DNA from: Hydrolagus affinis
Lineage: Eukaryota
Length of the DNA: 64,000 nt
Reading direction: 5' to 3'
Assembly (NCBI GenBank): GCA_012026655.1
Contig: JAAILG010000253.1
Coordinates: forward strand, 1 to 64,000
Below are positions 54,321-64,000 of this stretch, in pieces. A model generated the notes under the pieces. It searched no databases. It was not told the DNA's origin and saw nothing but the letters and a program-made list of their open reading frames with translations. The first letter of the stretch is position 1; each line of letters opens with the position of its first letter. The translations under genes were made by a program, and so were the position numbers.

Positions 54321-54802
54321 TAAAGTAGCATTAAATATGTTGTTCCTGCACATTTTAGTGGTAATATGAACACGACATACAAGAAGAAATTGAGAGCAAG
54401 TTCCCCCTCGATTTAAAAACATATATAGACTTAATCATTGCAATATTTGAGATGCTAATCCCAGCATGCATGCACTGATATACTTCATTATAACATCAAA
54501 TTCAAAGCTGTTTCTACTGTAGTGATTTTTAAAAATATTCAGTGCACCATACAACCATTAAAAACAGTACAAAGGAAAGCAGATCCACGTTTGTAATGCT
54601 TGTCACACTTGAATATAAGATAGCAAACATACTTTTCAGAAAATTATTAAATTATCAAAAATGTTAACCCTTATGCTCCACAACAGTTTGTTACTGCTTC
54701 TATTCAAAGAAAATGAATTTCAAATCTTCAGTCCAAATATCTTTGGGAACCGTCTTGAAATAAAATAGGTTATCACATAGGATAATAGGTCTTTTCGTTC
54801 CA

Positions 54803-54808
54803 TTTATT
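54803..54808 (-). terminator. Candidate DNAJB4 polyadenylation signal (AATAAA)
   Basis: tttatt on + about 400 nt downstream of the stop codon. Confidence 0.4.
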
Positions 54809-55087
54809 CTCTGTTCAGTTATAAAATTTACTCAGCACTGACTTTTGTCAGGCAGCATTTGTATTTACAAAATAGTTTTCCAAATAAAAACATTGAAATG
54901 TACAAAAAAATCTGTAGTTGCACAAAACACAGTAAGTATCTTTCACTTATGCTTTGAACCATAAAATACTGTCTTAATAAATCTGCCAAACATTCTCAAA
55001 TAATAAATATTGCACACTTAACACACACTTAAACAATTCTGTGAAGCAGCTATTTATGTATGTACGAAGGTAAACCTTCAGGTGAAA

Positions 55088-55154
55088 TACAACAACAACA
55101 ACAACTTTGATTTATATAGCGCTCTGCACGCTGGACGGCGTCTCAGAGCGCTTC
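55088..55154 (-). mobile_element. Solo L2 3' tail in the DNAJB4 3' UTR
   Basis: (CAA)n ctttgatttatatagcgctctgcacgctggacggcgtctcagagcgc, the same type as 41677. Confidence 0.8.
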
Positions 55155-55209
55155 AAATAATCCAAATAATAATCTATCCATTATTTGGATAATAATCCAA
55201 TCTTAATAT

Positions 55210-55443
55210 TTATGACACAGGTAGATGTCGCTTTAGTATTTCTTTTGTACTTGGTGATAGGTTGTCTGGGAAAATGACGTCAAATTCCACAATTAGGTCG
55301 CCTCTGTGATCAGGATTTTTGGGAAATGGCAAACCTTTCCCAGGTATCCTTTTTCTTGTTGATGGCTTAATCACTTCCTGAGTTGTTAATGGGATTGATC
55401 TACCGTCCAGTGTTGGCACCGCAATAGAGCAACCGCATAAAGC
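55210..55443 (-). CDS. DNAJB4: DNAJB4 coding exon 3 (CTD II, stop TAA)
   Basis: cag|[19 protein letters not shown]...[43 protein letters not shown]. Total 1017 nt, i.e. 338 aa. Confidence 0.95.
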   Translation of the reverse strand, partial: ALCGCSIAVPTLDGRSIPLTTQEVIKPSTRKRIPGKGLPFPKNPDHRGDLIVEFDVIFPDNLSPSTKEILKRHLPVS

Positions 55444-55582
55444 CTGTAAATTAAAAAAGAATGGTTTAAAGTAATGTTAAAAACCCCACTTTTTTTTAGT
55501 GATTAATTTTATTTCCCCAACAATCGATTTCCTTTTTGAAATATTTTGGAACAATGATTGATAGACCACTGCAATATCCAGC

Positions 55583-56155
55583 AATAACAACAAAAACAAC
55601 AACAAAATGACATTTGTATAGGGCCTTTCACGTTGGGAGGACGTCTCAAGGTGCTGGACAGTCAATGTTTCAGACCCGAGCTGGGGCCGGGATCAGGGAG
55701 GCTGGAGGGAAGGAAGGGAAAGGGAGGTGACCGATGGCACCATCAAAGAGGGGGTTCTTGTGACAGAACTTGAAGGAGGCTAGGAAAGAGGCGAGGTGGA
55801 GGGATTCCGGAGAGGTTGGGGAGAGCCATTCAATCCTCCTTCACCGCCTCTCCTCCCACCTCAACCTTCAAGACGCCGTCCTTTCAAACCGTCTCCGCCA
55901 ACAGCTTGTCTTCCAGCCCCAGCCCTGTCCAGCGCAGGGTTCCTCAGGGCTCTGTCCTCAGTCCCCTCCTCTTCAGCCTCCACTTGCACCCCCTCACTGA
56001 CATCATCCACTGACATGGGGTAAATTTCCACGTGTGTGTGGATGAAACCCAGCTCCACCTCCACCCTCAACTCCAGGAGTACTGCGTCCTGACCGCCTGC
56101 CTGTCGGACATCAAGTCCTGGATGAGGGGCAACTGCCTTGGCTTTAACATCTCAT
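55583..56155. mobile_element. L2 pieces in opposite orientations in DNAJB4 intron 2
   Basis: 55583-55822 is a minus-strand 3' end; 55826-56155 is a plus-strand RT piece (RVPQGSVLSPLLFSLHLHPL...ACLSDIKSWM). Confidence 0.8.
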
Positions 56156-56298
56156 CAAAAGGACGATGTTGCAGCCATTTGGCCCGTAGATGTATTTTGA
56201 CTTACATGCCACGTGCAGGCAAGCAAAATTGGGGGGGGGGGGGGGGGATGGGAAACACTTACTAATTGAACTGTAACCCTATCTATTGCTAAACATAC

Positions 56299-56870
56299 CT
56301 CTCGTAGGCTGATCCGTGTACGGGAGACGACATTTGACCCTTCCCTCTTGAAGTGCGAGTGCGGCTTGTCTTTCAACACAAAGACGACGTCGGCTGGGAT
56401 GGTGTTGGGCGTTTCATCGCCTTCTTTGGGGAATGTGATTTTGGTGCCTTCTTTCCAGCCCCTTTTGATTTGAATGGTCAGTATTTTGTCCTCTGCCCTG
56501 GTCGTCCGGCCGTCGGAATTGAGGCGTTTCCTGGAGATTTTCATCCGCTTGGTAGAGCCATTGTAAACCTCTTCCAGGGAGACCCGAAGTTCGCGAACGA
56601 TAGGCGGGTCCTGTTTGCGCCTGTGCTGCTGCCCCGCTTGCATTTCCCGGGGGAAACGGTTCATGTTGAAACCACCGAAGGAGCCAAAAGGGTCACCGTC
56701 CACCTCCATGTCTTCTTCGTGATAGCCATTCGGCATCCGCCTGCCGAAGAACATCTCGAAAGGGTTGGCACCTCCGAAAAACGCAGCGAACGTGGCATGG
56801 GGGTCGCCATGGAAAGTGTAGCTGAAGGTCCCGTCCTGACCCTCGGAACCGCCAGCTCCCGCTTTCAGTC
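56299..56870 (-). CDS. DNAJB4: DNAJB4 coding exon 2 (G/F region and C-terminal substrate-binding domain I)
   Basis: cag|ga LKAGAGGSEGQDGTFSYTFHGDPHATFAAFFGGANPFEMFFG...KQDPPIVRELRVSLEEVY...GWKEGTKITFPKEGDETP...ISLRE|gtatg; 572 nt. MEVDGDPF and KRMKISRKRLN are DNAJB4-type. Confidence 0.95.
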
Positions 56871-57699
56871 CTGAAAATGTGTGGGAAAAAGTGTTTATTC
56901 CAAGTATCTATCTATCTATCTGTCTGTCTGTCTGCCTTGCCTGTCGCACGGTTAATAACACAGACCTTTCTGACATTTTGCGCTCAGACATTTTGGTTCA
57001 AACGTTGTAAATGTACAGGACCTCAGCTCACACTCCAAATTTTTTTTCAAAAAATTAAGCACCATGTGCATCTTCGACGTGTTTGTGATTCGGATCTTAC
57101 ACCGTTCGTAAATTTCGAGTGCAAATCTTTAAGGGTTCCGGATTATGTACAGATTGATGGATTCCCGTCCCTGGTGGTTTGGGGGCTAAATCAATAAACG
57201 ACTGGATGGAATGAGGGGATGTGTGGGGGGGTGTGTGTGTGTGTGGGGGGGGACGGACGGACATGTAGCAACTTTGCTTCCAGAAACACAAAGAATACTC
57301 GCATGTACAGAGCTCGTGATCTCTTTTTTTTAAAAAATTTAAAAAGTGGGAAATCACACGATCGCTTTCCCGATAACATCATCATCAAAACAATACCGAC
57401 AATAATCCTCGCATTGGATACGTGGCGCCTTATCTTGCCTTGGAGACATCTCAACGTGTTTCACGGGATATATACTGACTGTACTGTACAGGTGCCTTGA
57501 CTATTGGTGGGCAAAATACGCCTTTTATTATATTGTATTGCCTTATATTAACCTCGGCCTCGCTCCGTCCTCTGCAGGCTGGAGAGGATGGGTGGGGGGG
57601 GGGGGGAGTGAAACCACCACCGAGGGAGGAAGCACTGGCCGCGGTCGCCCAGACACCCGTACAGATGCCGTTATTAATTCCCCTTCAATACCCACTCAC

Positions 57700-57910
57700 C
57701 TTCTTCCCCGAACTGATCGTAGATCTCCCTTTTCTTCGGATCACTCAGCACCTCGTAGGCTTCGGCCACTTCCTTGAACCTGTCCTCGGCGCTCGGCGAT
57801 TTGTTTTTGTCCGGGTGCCACTTCAGCGCTTGCTTGCGGTAAGCTTTCTTGATTTCTTCGTCCAAAGCTCCCTTCTGCAGGCCCAGGGTCTTGTAATAAT
57901 CCTTCCCCAT
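57700..57910 (-). CDS. DNAJB4: DNAJB4 coding exon 1 (J-domain with HPD motif)
   Basis: [70 protein letters not shown]-g|gtgag; 211 nt. Confidence 0.96.
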
Positions 57911-57921
57911 GTCGCAGTGCA

Positions 57922-57956
57922 ACAGACAGACAGACAGACAGACACACACACACACA
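57922..57956. repeat. (CAGA)n(CA)n compound microsatellite just upstream of the DNAJB4 ATG
   Basis: acagacagacagacagacagacacacacacacaca. Confidence 0.9.
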
Positions 57957-58097
57957 GGCTGATGAAAGTCTCACTGCACTGAACGGATGTAGTTAATCCC
58001 CAGCGCCGTTAGCCGTGTCTGTGACTCGCCCACAGTGAGTTGCCCTTTGCTTTCTGTTGCTACGAATGTCGCCCCCACCTCGACACCGCTGCCTACT

Positions 58098-58226
58098 TAT
58101 ATATAAACACATTCGCTCCTGGGAAAAGCCCAGCGCTTGCTAGAACATCCCAAACTAAACGTCACCCCCCACCCCACCACCACCACCTCCCACCCCCAAC
58201 TCCCCGACCCTCCTCCATAAACCAAT
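58098..58226 (-). promoter_or_regulatory. DNAJB4 proximal promoter: TATA box, degenerate heat-shock element, CCAAT
   Basis: TATATATAA at 58098-58106; six in-phase pentamers gGAAa-aGCCc-aGCGc-tTGCt-aGAAc-aTCCc at 58122-58151; CCAAT at 58222-58226. Confidence 0.55.
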
Positions 58227-60029
58227 GACTCACTTAAACTTTTCTTTTTTTAAAAAAACAATAAATTCTTTCCATTCTGAGTCTGCAGTAAGACAAACTG
58301 AGCGGCCGGTTAGGGTGTCAATGAGAGAGAAATAAGATCAGAGCATTAGTGCTCAGTGCTGGAGACCTTGTGAATAAGTGGGTGAGTTGCAGTTTTGGGA
58401 AATCCACTCTCCTCTCTCAATCTCTTTATCATTGTGGGTGAGGGGGGTAATGGTTAAACGTACCGGAATCAAAGCCACGCCGAAAATTGCATCCAAACAT
58501 TTGAATCAGTTAACAACATTTCCAAGTATTAAGGCAGAATTTGCTCGCCACAGAGATCTACACGCTCTTTCGACCATTTGATCCGCTTTGATCTACAAAC
58601 TTTCTAGTTATTATATTAACGCATTACTTACTGTGTATCAATACAGTTGCAAGTAATATCACAAAGTTGGAAATATATTCTGAAAATTCAACGTGTAGCT
58701 GAAAAAAAGTCAATCATGTTTGAAATGTGTCGAGCAATAGTTTGTAAACATTCTGAACCATATTTTTTCCCCAATAAAATGCACATTACTTATAACGTAT
58801 AAAGTGTGCTTTCTTTCTTTTTTTTAAAAAATGTAAACTTATTTTTTAAGTTGATTTCCAACAGTTCTATCGGCAAATCGCAGAGGACCCAAGTTGGTTT
58901 CCAGTTTCATCTAACATTGAAACCGTGTATTTGTGGTTTCACCATTCAGGCAAACAGTTAAGACCTATACTATACACTACTCATCTTTAAAAGTGGTATT
59001 AGAAGGGACTCTCTGTTGACATATAATGGAGTTGATCGTGTATCTATCTGCACAGTGCATCTCTTTCTGAAAGTCTGGGAAGGTTGAGCTTCCTCGAACC
59101 TCACTTGGAGAACATTGATATAATCACTGTTCAGGGCGAAATGTTTCCCTTTCGTCAATTTTTCTTTCTTACCTCCTCTATCCCACTGACCATATCGTTA
59201 TTTTTACACTCGAAGTCACTATATTGTCCAGTAATGAAAGATAGAATACTCATTTGCGCTGGGCTGGCCATATGGACACATATATTGGATCTCCAGCACA
59301 TCTCGGTTTGCAGAGTAAATTACTCAAGTTGTCTTATCTTTAACACGCCTTACTGCTTCACTGGTCATGTTTGACTGTTCAAGATGAAGGTTAAAATTCC
59401 CACCTAACTACTGAAAAAAGAGAAAGGATCTCCAGGTAATACACATCCAATTGTGTGATAATTAGCATTGCACATCATGCATTTTCACCCCCAAGATATA
59501 CAACATAATAGAGAAGATGGAGTAAAATGCTTTCCAATGAATTAGTTCATCAAGTCTACATTGTTCCAACGCGATGGCACTTTTGCTTGTCGTCGGGTAC
59601 ATATTAAAAACCCAATGACATTACTCGAGAAGTGAAGGGTTTCACTTTTGCATTGGTTAGCAACCCTCCAAGCTGCTCCAGCTGAGAGAACAGGAATCAA
59701 ATAGCAATCAAACTTGATCAAACACAGGTTCAAGTGGCCACTTGTGCGCACACGAATGATTTACATCCTGAGTCATCGGTGAGACTCTTACTCCTCTCCA
59801 ATCCTCACCTCTGTGCTTTGATATTTATTGATATCACTGTTGTGGAACATCTGAGTGCATAAAGTTCCAGTGTTAGGACACCGTTTTATAAATAGTTTGA
59901 CTTTCAATTGATTGAAGCTGGAAATGTAAACTCCCTTCCTGGCAAGCAACATATGGAAGTTTTGCAAGCCCCTAATTTTAAATATACCTCTCACGAAACA
60001 GGTGAACTTTAAGAATGGACACCCCCCCC

Positions 60030-60210
60030 TCGCCACATGGCTGACTGAATGAATGCATTGTGCAGTGTGACACTGCGAATGAAGATCAGGAAAGTCCCAG
60101 GTTTTAATTGCTGGATTGTACTGACAAAAGTGTAACAATTAGCTTCACTGTCTGTGGGTTAGGGAGAGGGAAAATCAATGGGTTGCTATCCAATGACTTC
60201 CATTGAAGAG
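60030..60210 (+). mobile_element. LF-SINE-like ancient SINE relic
   Basis: gatcaggaaagtcccaggtt...gggttagggagagggaaaatc...gctatccaatgac resembles, from memory, the LF-SINE-related family. Not checked against a library. Confidence 0.45.
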
Positions 60211-61667
60211 TTCACATCAATTTGAGATTGTTCGAATGAGGCATCGGAGAACTACTGCAAACCTTCTTCTGACTGTATCCCAACAAGAATGATCACCTTG
60301 GAGGGGAGAATTGAGCAAAACAAACATGTTCCAAGACCGAGAAAACAAAACACAACACGAGTCTGGCGTTTCGCCAATTTTTTTGTTGCCAATTTAAAAT
60401 GTACCTAAAAGGGGAATGTGGGTTAGTTGTGGTTTTGCAGATGTCTATCTGGTTGCAAGTATATTGACGCTCCTCGATTGCCAAAATCCTTAAATCTCTG
60501 CACAGATTGCATTGTTTCATTTTAATTCTTTATTTTATATTCTGTGCATTAGCACCCCCTCCCGAACCCCCAACCCACCTCCCTTATTTTCCAAGAGACT
60601 CCTCCGTCACTGGGGGCCTGATTAGCACAGTGTTCCTCTATAATTAGCTTTGACTAAATTTTCCCATCCCTAGCATGAAGGCTATCCGATGGCCACAGAG
60701 ACTGAGAGTCAATAAATCTACCGTTGGGCCACTGTGACAACGATGCAAATGCCAAATGCAGAAAAAAAAACATTTCCAGGCTGATCCACAAAAGTGCGTG
60801 GATAGAATATAACGCCTCCTGAGCACTTCTTACACAATCATTAGAATACACTTCACTCGGAATAAAAATCTTGGTCTCCCATTTCAGTTCGTTTTTCCTT
60901 TTTGTTTGTTGCATTTACTTTTCCCCTCTTTTAGATTTTCAAGGGACCTTTATTGTTAACTATACCATAGTTTGGCACAGACATTTATTGATAAATCCTC
61001 ACACGAGTAAACCCGCTGAAGGGTTTCACCCTGTTGTTCGACGTCGTAATACAACAGGATGGTCGGAACAAGAGAACGTGTTGATCACAGGAGCTGATTT
61101 GATTGAAACGTAGTGATGCATAGTTTAAAAAAAACATAGTGACACCTGTCAGGTGAAAGCTGTAATTAAGGAAACCTCAGAAGGCACTGGGAAGGCTGAG
61201 TGAGACGTGCCAACCGTTGTTGTCTGCCACACACTGAGTCATTGAAAACCTTGTCACTTTAATTACTAATTGATGGAAAATTAATTACATGCAAAATCCT
61301 TTTACTTCTGGGAGCATTTACAAAATTTAAAACTCTCTCTGGCTGTCGGGAGTGGAAGACTAGAATAGAAATCAGGGTGGGTGGAACCACAGCGCCGATA
61401 CATGCGTTCAGGTTTCATAAGGCGCTGTAACTAAATGCAGCGAGTGTTGTCACAGCCACAAGTAATAACACAAACTAACTCACTGCCACACTATTAGGTT
61501 TCAGTTTATATAAAGAACTGCAGCCACCTGTTGAGAAAATAGATCTCCTTCATTTCTCCAAAGCTTTGAATAGTCCAAAACGATAAATTATATTTGCCAT
61601 GAGGGCAAAGTGACTTTTAATGTGACATTTGTGAATAATTGCGTCACTCAACTAAGCTCTCTGAGTT

Positions 61668-61845
61668 AATAATAAGCCTTGCATTTTATATAGTGCTTTT
61701 CACATCTTATCGACGTCTCAAAGCGCTTCACAGAATATACTGGAAAGTGAAGACTGTATATTTGTGAGCGAAACGCAGCAGCCAATTGCGCACGGCAGTG
61801 TCCCATAAACAGTTGTCGATTGAAATGACCAATTTTTTACTGTTG
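61668..61845 (-). mobile_element. SINE 3' half running into the gap
   Basis: Reverse-complement tail and body. Confidence 0.8.
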
Positions 61846-61945
61846 NNNNNNNNNNNNNNNNNNNNNNNNNNNNNNNNNNNNNNNNNNNNNNNNNNNNNNN
61901 NNNNNNNNNNNNNNNNNNNNNNNNNNNNNNNNNNNNNNNNNNNNN
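61846..61945. other. Assembly gap (100 N)
   Basis: N run; true length unknown. Confidence 0.99.
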
Positions 61946-62034
61946 GTGTGCACTATAGAAATGCAAGTTGCTGTTGAGTGGAATACAGAAGATTGTAATC
62001 AATCACAACATCAACATGTAAAACAATCGTTGCA

Positions 62035-62360
62035 GTGGAATCCTGTAGCTGTGGAGTCCTGTAGCTCAGTGGTTATAGCACTCGCCTTGCAAGTGAGACA
62101 CCTGGGTTTGATTCCAGGCAGGGCAAAACCTTGGGCAAGTTTCCTTACTCTATACACCTAATAATAATGCCTTAAACAAATAATAAATTGGTCATTTCAA
62201 TCCACGACTGTTTGTGGGACATTGCTGTGCACAATCGGCTGCTATGTTTCAGCCACATATATACAATCAATTCACTTTACTGCATGTTCTGTGAAGTGCT
62301 TTGAGACGTCTAGTAGAGGTGAAAAGTGCTATATCAAATGCAAGGATTATTATTATTATT
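62035..62360 (+). mobile_element. Same SINE family, full length, with duplicated 16-bp 5' end
   Basis: gtggaatcctgtagct-gtggagtcctgtagctcag head and a (TTA)n tail. Confidence 0.88.
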
Positions 62361-62989
62361 GCTCCAATTTAAGCAAATCACTGCCAGAAGAAGGTTGTTT
62401 TGCCTGTAAAACACTCAAATCACTGCAATTTATAGTACCTGTAAACTGAGTTTAGTATTTTGGGACGTCACTCATTATGTGAAAGACTAAATGTAGGGAT
62501 TATTATTGGACTGTGTGGACACTGCATGCTAAATTCACATGACATCTGTGTGTATAAGGGGTTCTTCAGGGATCAACAGCTACTTCATAATCCTTGCATT
62601 TGATATATGGGGCCTGATCACATCATCGAGACATCTCAAAGCGCTTCACTGGATATACTGTAAAAGTGGTTTTAACTTGTATCTTCTACTTTCACTGAAA
62701 AAATGACAAAGCATTCCTATGTTTTTTTGGTGGTGGTGGTGGGGGGAGGGGTGGGTGTGTGTGTGTGTGTGATAAACTTAGAAATTTAAGATAAATTCAT
62801 CCAGATCCACATGTATCCCCCTCTGCGGTGACTCCATTAGATTATCTGGTTTGAATGTTACAGTACTATCACTTCTGCCCCCTCCCTTTCCCCTGACTCA
62901 GGTCAGAATTCACTACTCTCAAGCACTCCAAGACGCTACCCCACATGAAGAGCACGATATAAATGCAAGTTGTTGTTGAATCTGTACGA

Positions 62990-63240
62990 AACTTAAGGCA
63001 AGTTTCCTTACACCACACACACACACACACATATATACTCGTTGGAAACAACTTTGTTTACCAAGCAGTAAGTAGGAAACCTTTTGCTAATTTATTGGCG
63101 TATCGCGTTCCGGCAGGAAATAATCTCTCCCCAAAAATAGTAATTTGGTCACTCAATCCACGGCTGCTTTGTGGGATACTGCTATGTGCAATTGGCTGCC
63201 GCATTTCGCCCACAAAACACACAGTCACTACATTTTATAG
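62990..63240 (+). mobile_element. SINE internal fragment (long variant) with (CA)n
   Basis: ggcaagtttccttac...agcagtaagtagg...tttgtgggatactgctatgtgcaattggctgccgc. Confidence 0.7.
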
Positions 63241-63249
63241 TGTTATTCC

Positions 63250-63440
63250 ATTCCGCAGTCCCTCCGCCTCGCCCCCTCCCTAGCCTCCTCAAGACCCTCC
63301 TCTTCGACAGTCCCATCGGTCACCCCAATTCCCCACCTTTTGGTCCACCCTCCTCGAGCCCGACCCCAGCTCGGGTCTGAAACTTTGGGATGTCCTCCCG
63401 ACTTTGAAAGGCGCTATATACAAATGTAATTTTGTTGTTT
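63250..63440 (+). mobile_element. L2 3' end upstream of the FUBP1 promoter
   Basis: ctcaagaccctcctcttcgac...ggcgctatatacaaatgtaattttgttgtt. Confidence 0.8.
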
Positions 63441-63599
63441 GTTTGCAACCCGTGAAGCACTTTGAGGCGTCTCCACGATGTGAGAAGCGCTGTATCAAAT
63501 ACAAGGATGACTGTCTGACAAACTGTGCCATACACAGTTCCTGAAGCAACAGCATCCACTGGATGACTCCCCCTTGCTTTCATGCCCTTCCCCCATCAC

Positions 63600-63838
63600 A
63601 CCACTGAGAGTGGGGTGGGGGGAGAGAGGGAGGGAGGGAGGGGGGTGGAGCTCAGGTTTGTGACGCAGCCTCAGGAGGCGGCACCAAGTGTCAGCTCTCG
63701 CGAGAGTTGGTTCCGGGGCGCAGCGCGCGAATAGCATCGGCGGCCATTTTGCAGAGTGAGCCAGAGAGAGATCGTCAGCGTGTGGTCTGTCTCCTTTACC
63801 TGTTGAGAGAGTGCGTGTCTGGCAGAGACAACACGAAC
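63600..63838 (+). promoter_or_regulatory. FUBP1 CpG promoter with BANP palindrome TCTCGCGAGA (63696-63705) and YY1 motif CGGCCATTTT (63741-63750)
   Basis: Exact motif matches in CpG-rich sequence just upstream of the ATG, preceded by G-rich tracts. Confidence 0.75.
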
Positions 63839-63934
63839 ATGGCAGAATATTCCGCAGTGGCGCCGCCGAACGCTTTAGCTGGTGGCGGATTCAAGAACGA
63901 TGCTTTCGCGGACGCTCTGCAGAGGGCGAGACAG
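63839..63934 (+). CDS. FUBP1: FUBP1 coding exon 1 (gene continues beyond the window)
   Basis: ATG gives MAEYSAVAPPNALAGGGFKNDAFADALQRARQ|gtttgt. DAFxDALQRARQ is the FUBP-family N-terminal box, and the gene is head-to-head with DNAJB4 as in other vertebrates. Confidence 0.88.
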
Positions 63935-64000
63935 GTTTGTATCACCATTATCGACTTCAAAGAGCGCGGTTTCAGTCCCCCTCCCCCCTCCCCTCGGCAG

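Noticed and set aside
56353-56874. 173-aa plus-strand ORF (also 57497-57982)
   Set aside because: Antisense shadows of GC-rich DNAJB4 exons.

Overview
Vertebrate nuclear DNA, AT-rich with CpG-rich promoters. The repeat landscape (tRNA-head Deu-type SINE, L2 and CR1 LINE relics, Penelope-like termini) suggests a cartilaginous fish, possibly a chimaera; the taxon is an inference. The right half holds the conserved FUBP1-DNAJB4-GIPC2 block. GIPC2 is complete (minus strand, 6 coding exons, 31457-51620, 323 aa), DNAJB4 is complete (minus, 3 exons, 55210-57910, 338 aa), and FUBP1 coding exon 1 lies on the plus strand (63839-63934). The left ~30 kb has no recognisable gene, but carries a series of minus-strand exon-like segments with RGS-like helical motifs and apparent disablements, a speculative decayed or unannotated gene. 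Other signals: two decayed minimal hammerhead ribozymes in Penelope-like termini, a pogo/Tigger-type MITE pair, two unexplained long inverted repeats, recent solo L2 3'-tail insertions with target-site duplications, and two 100-N assembly gaps. No prokaryotic system or CRISPR array is present.
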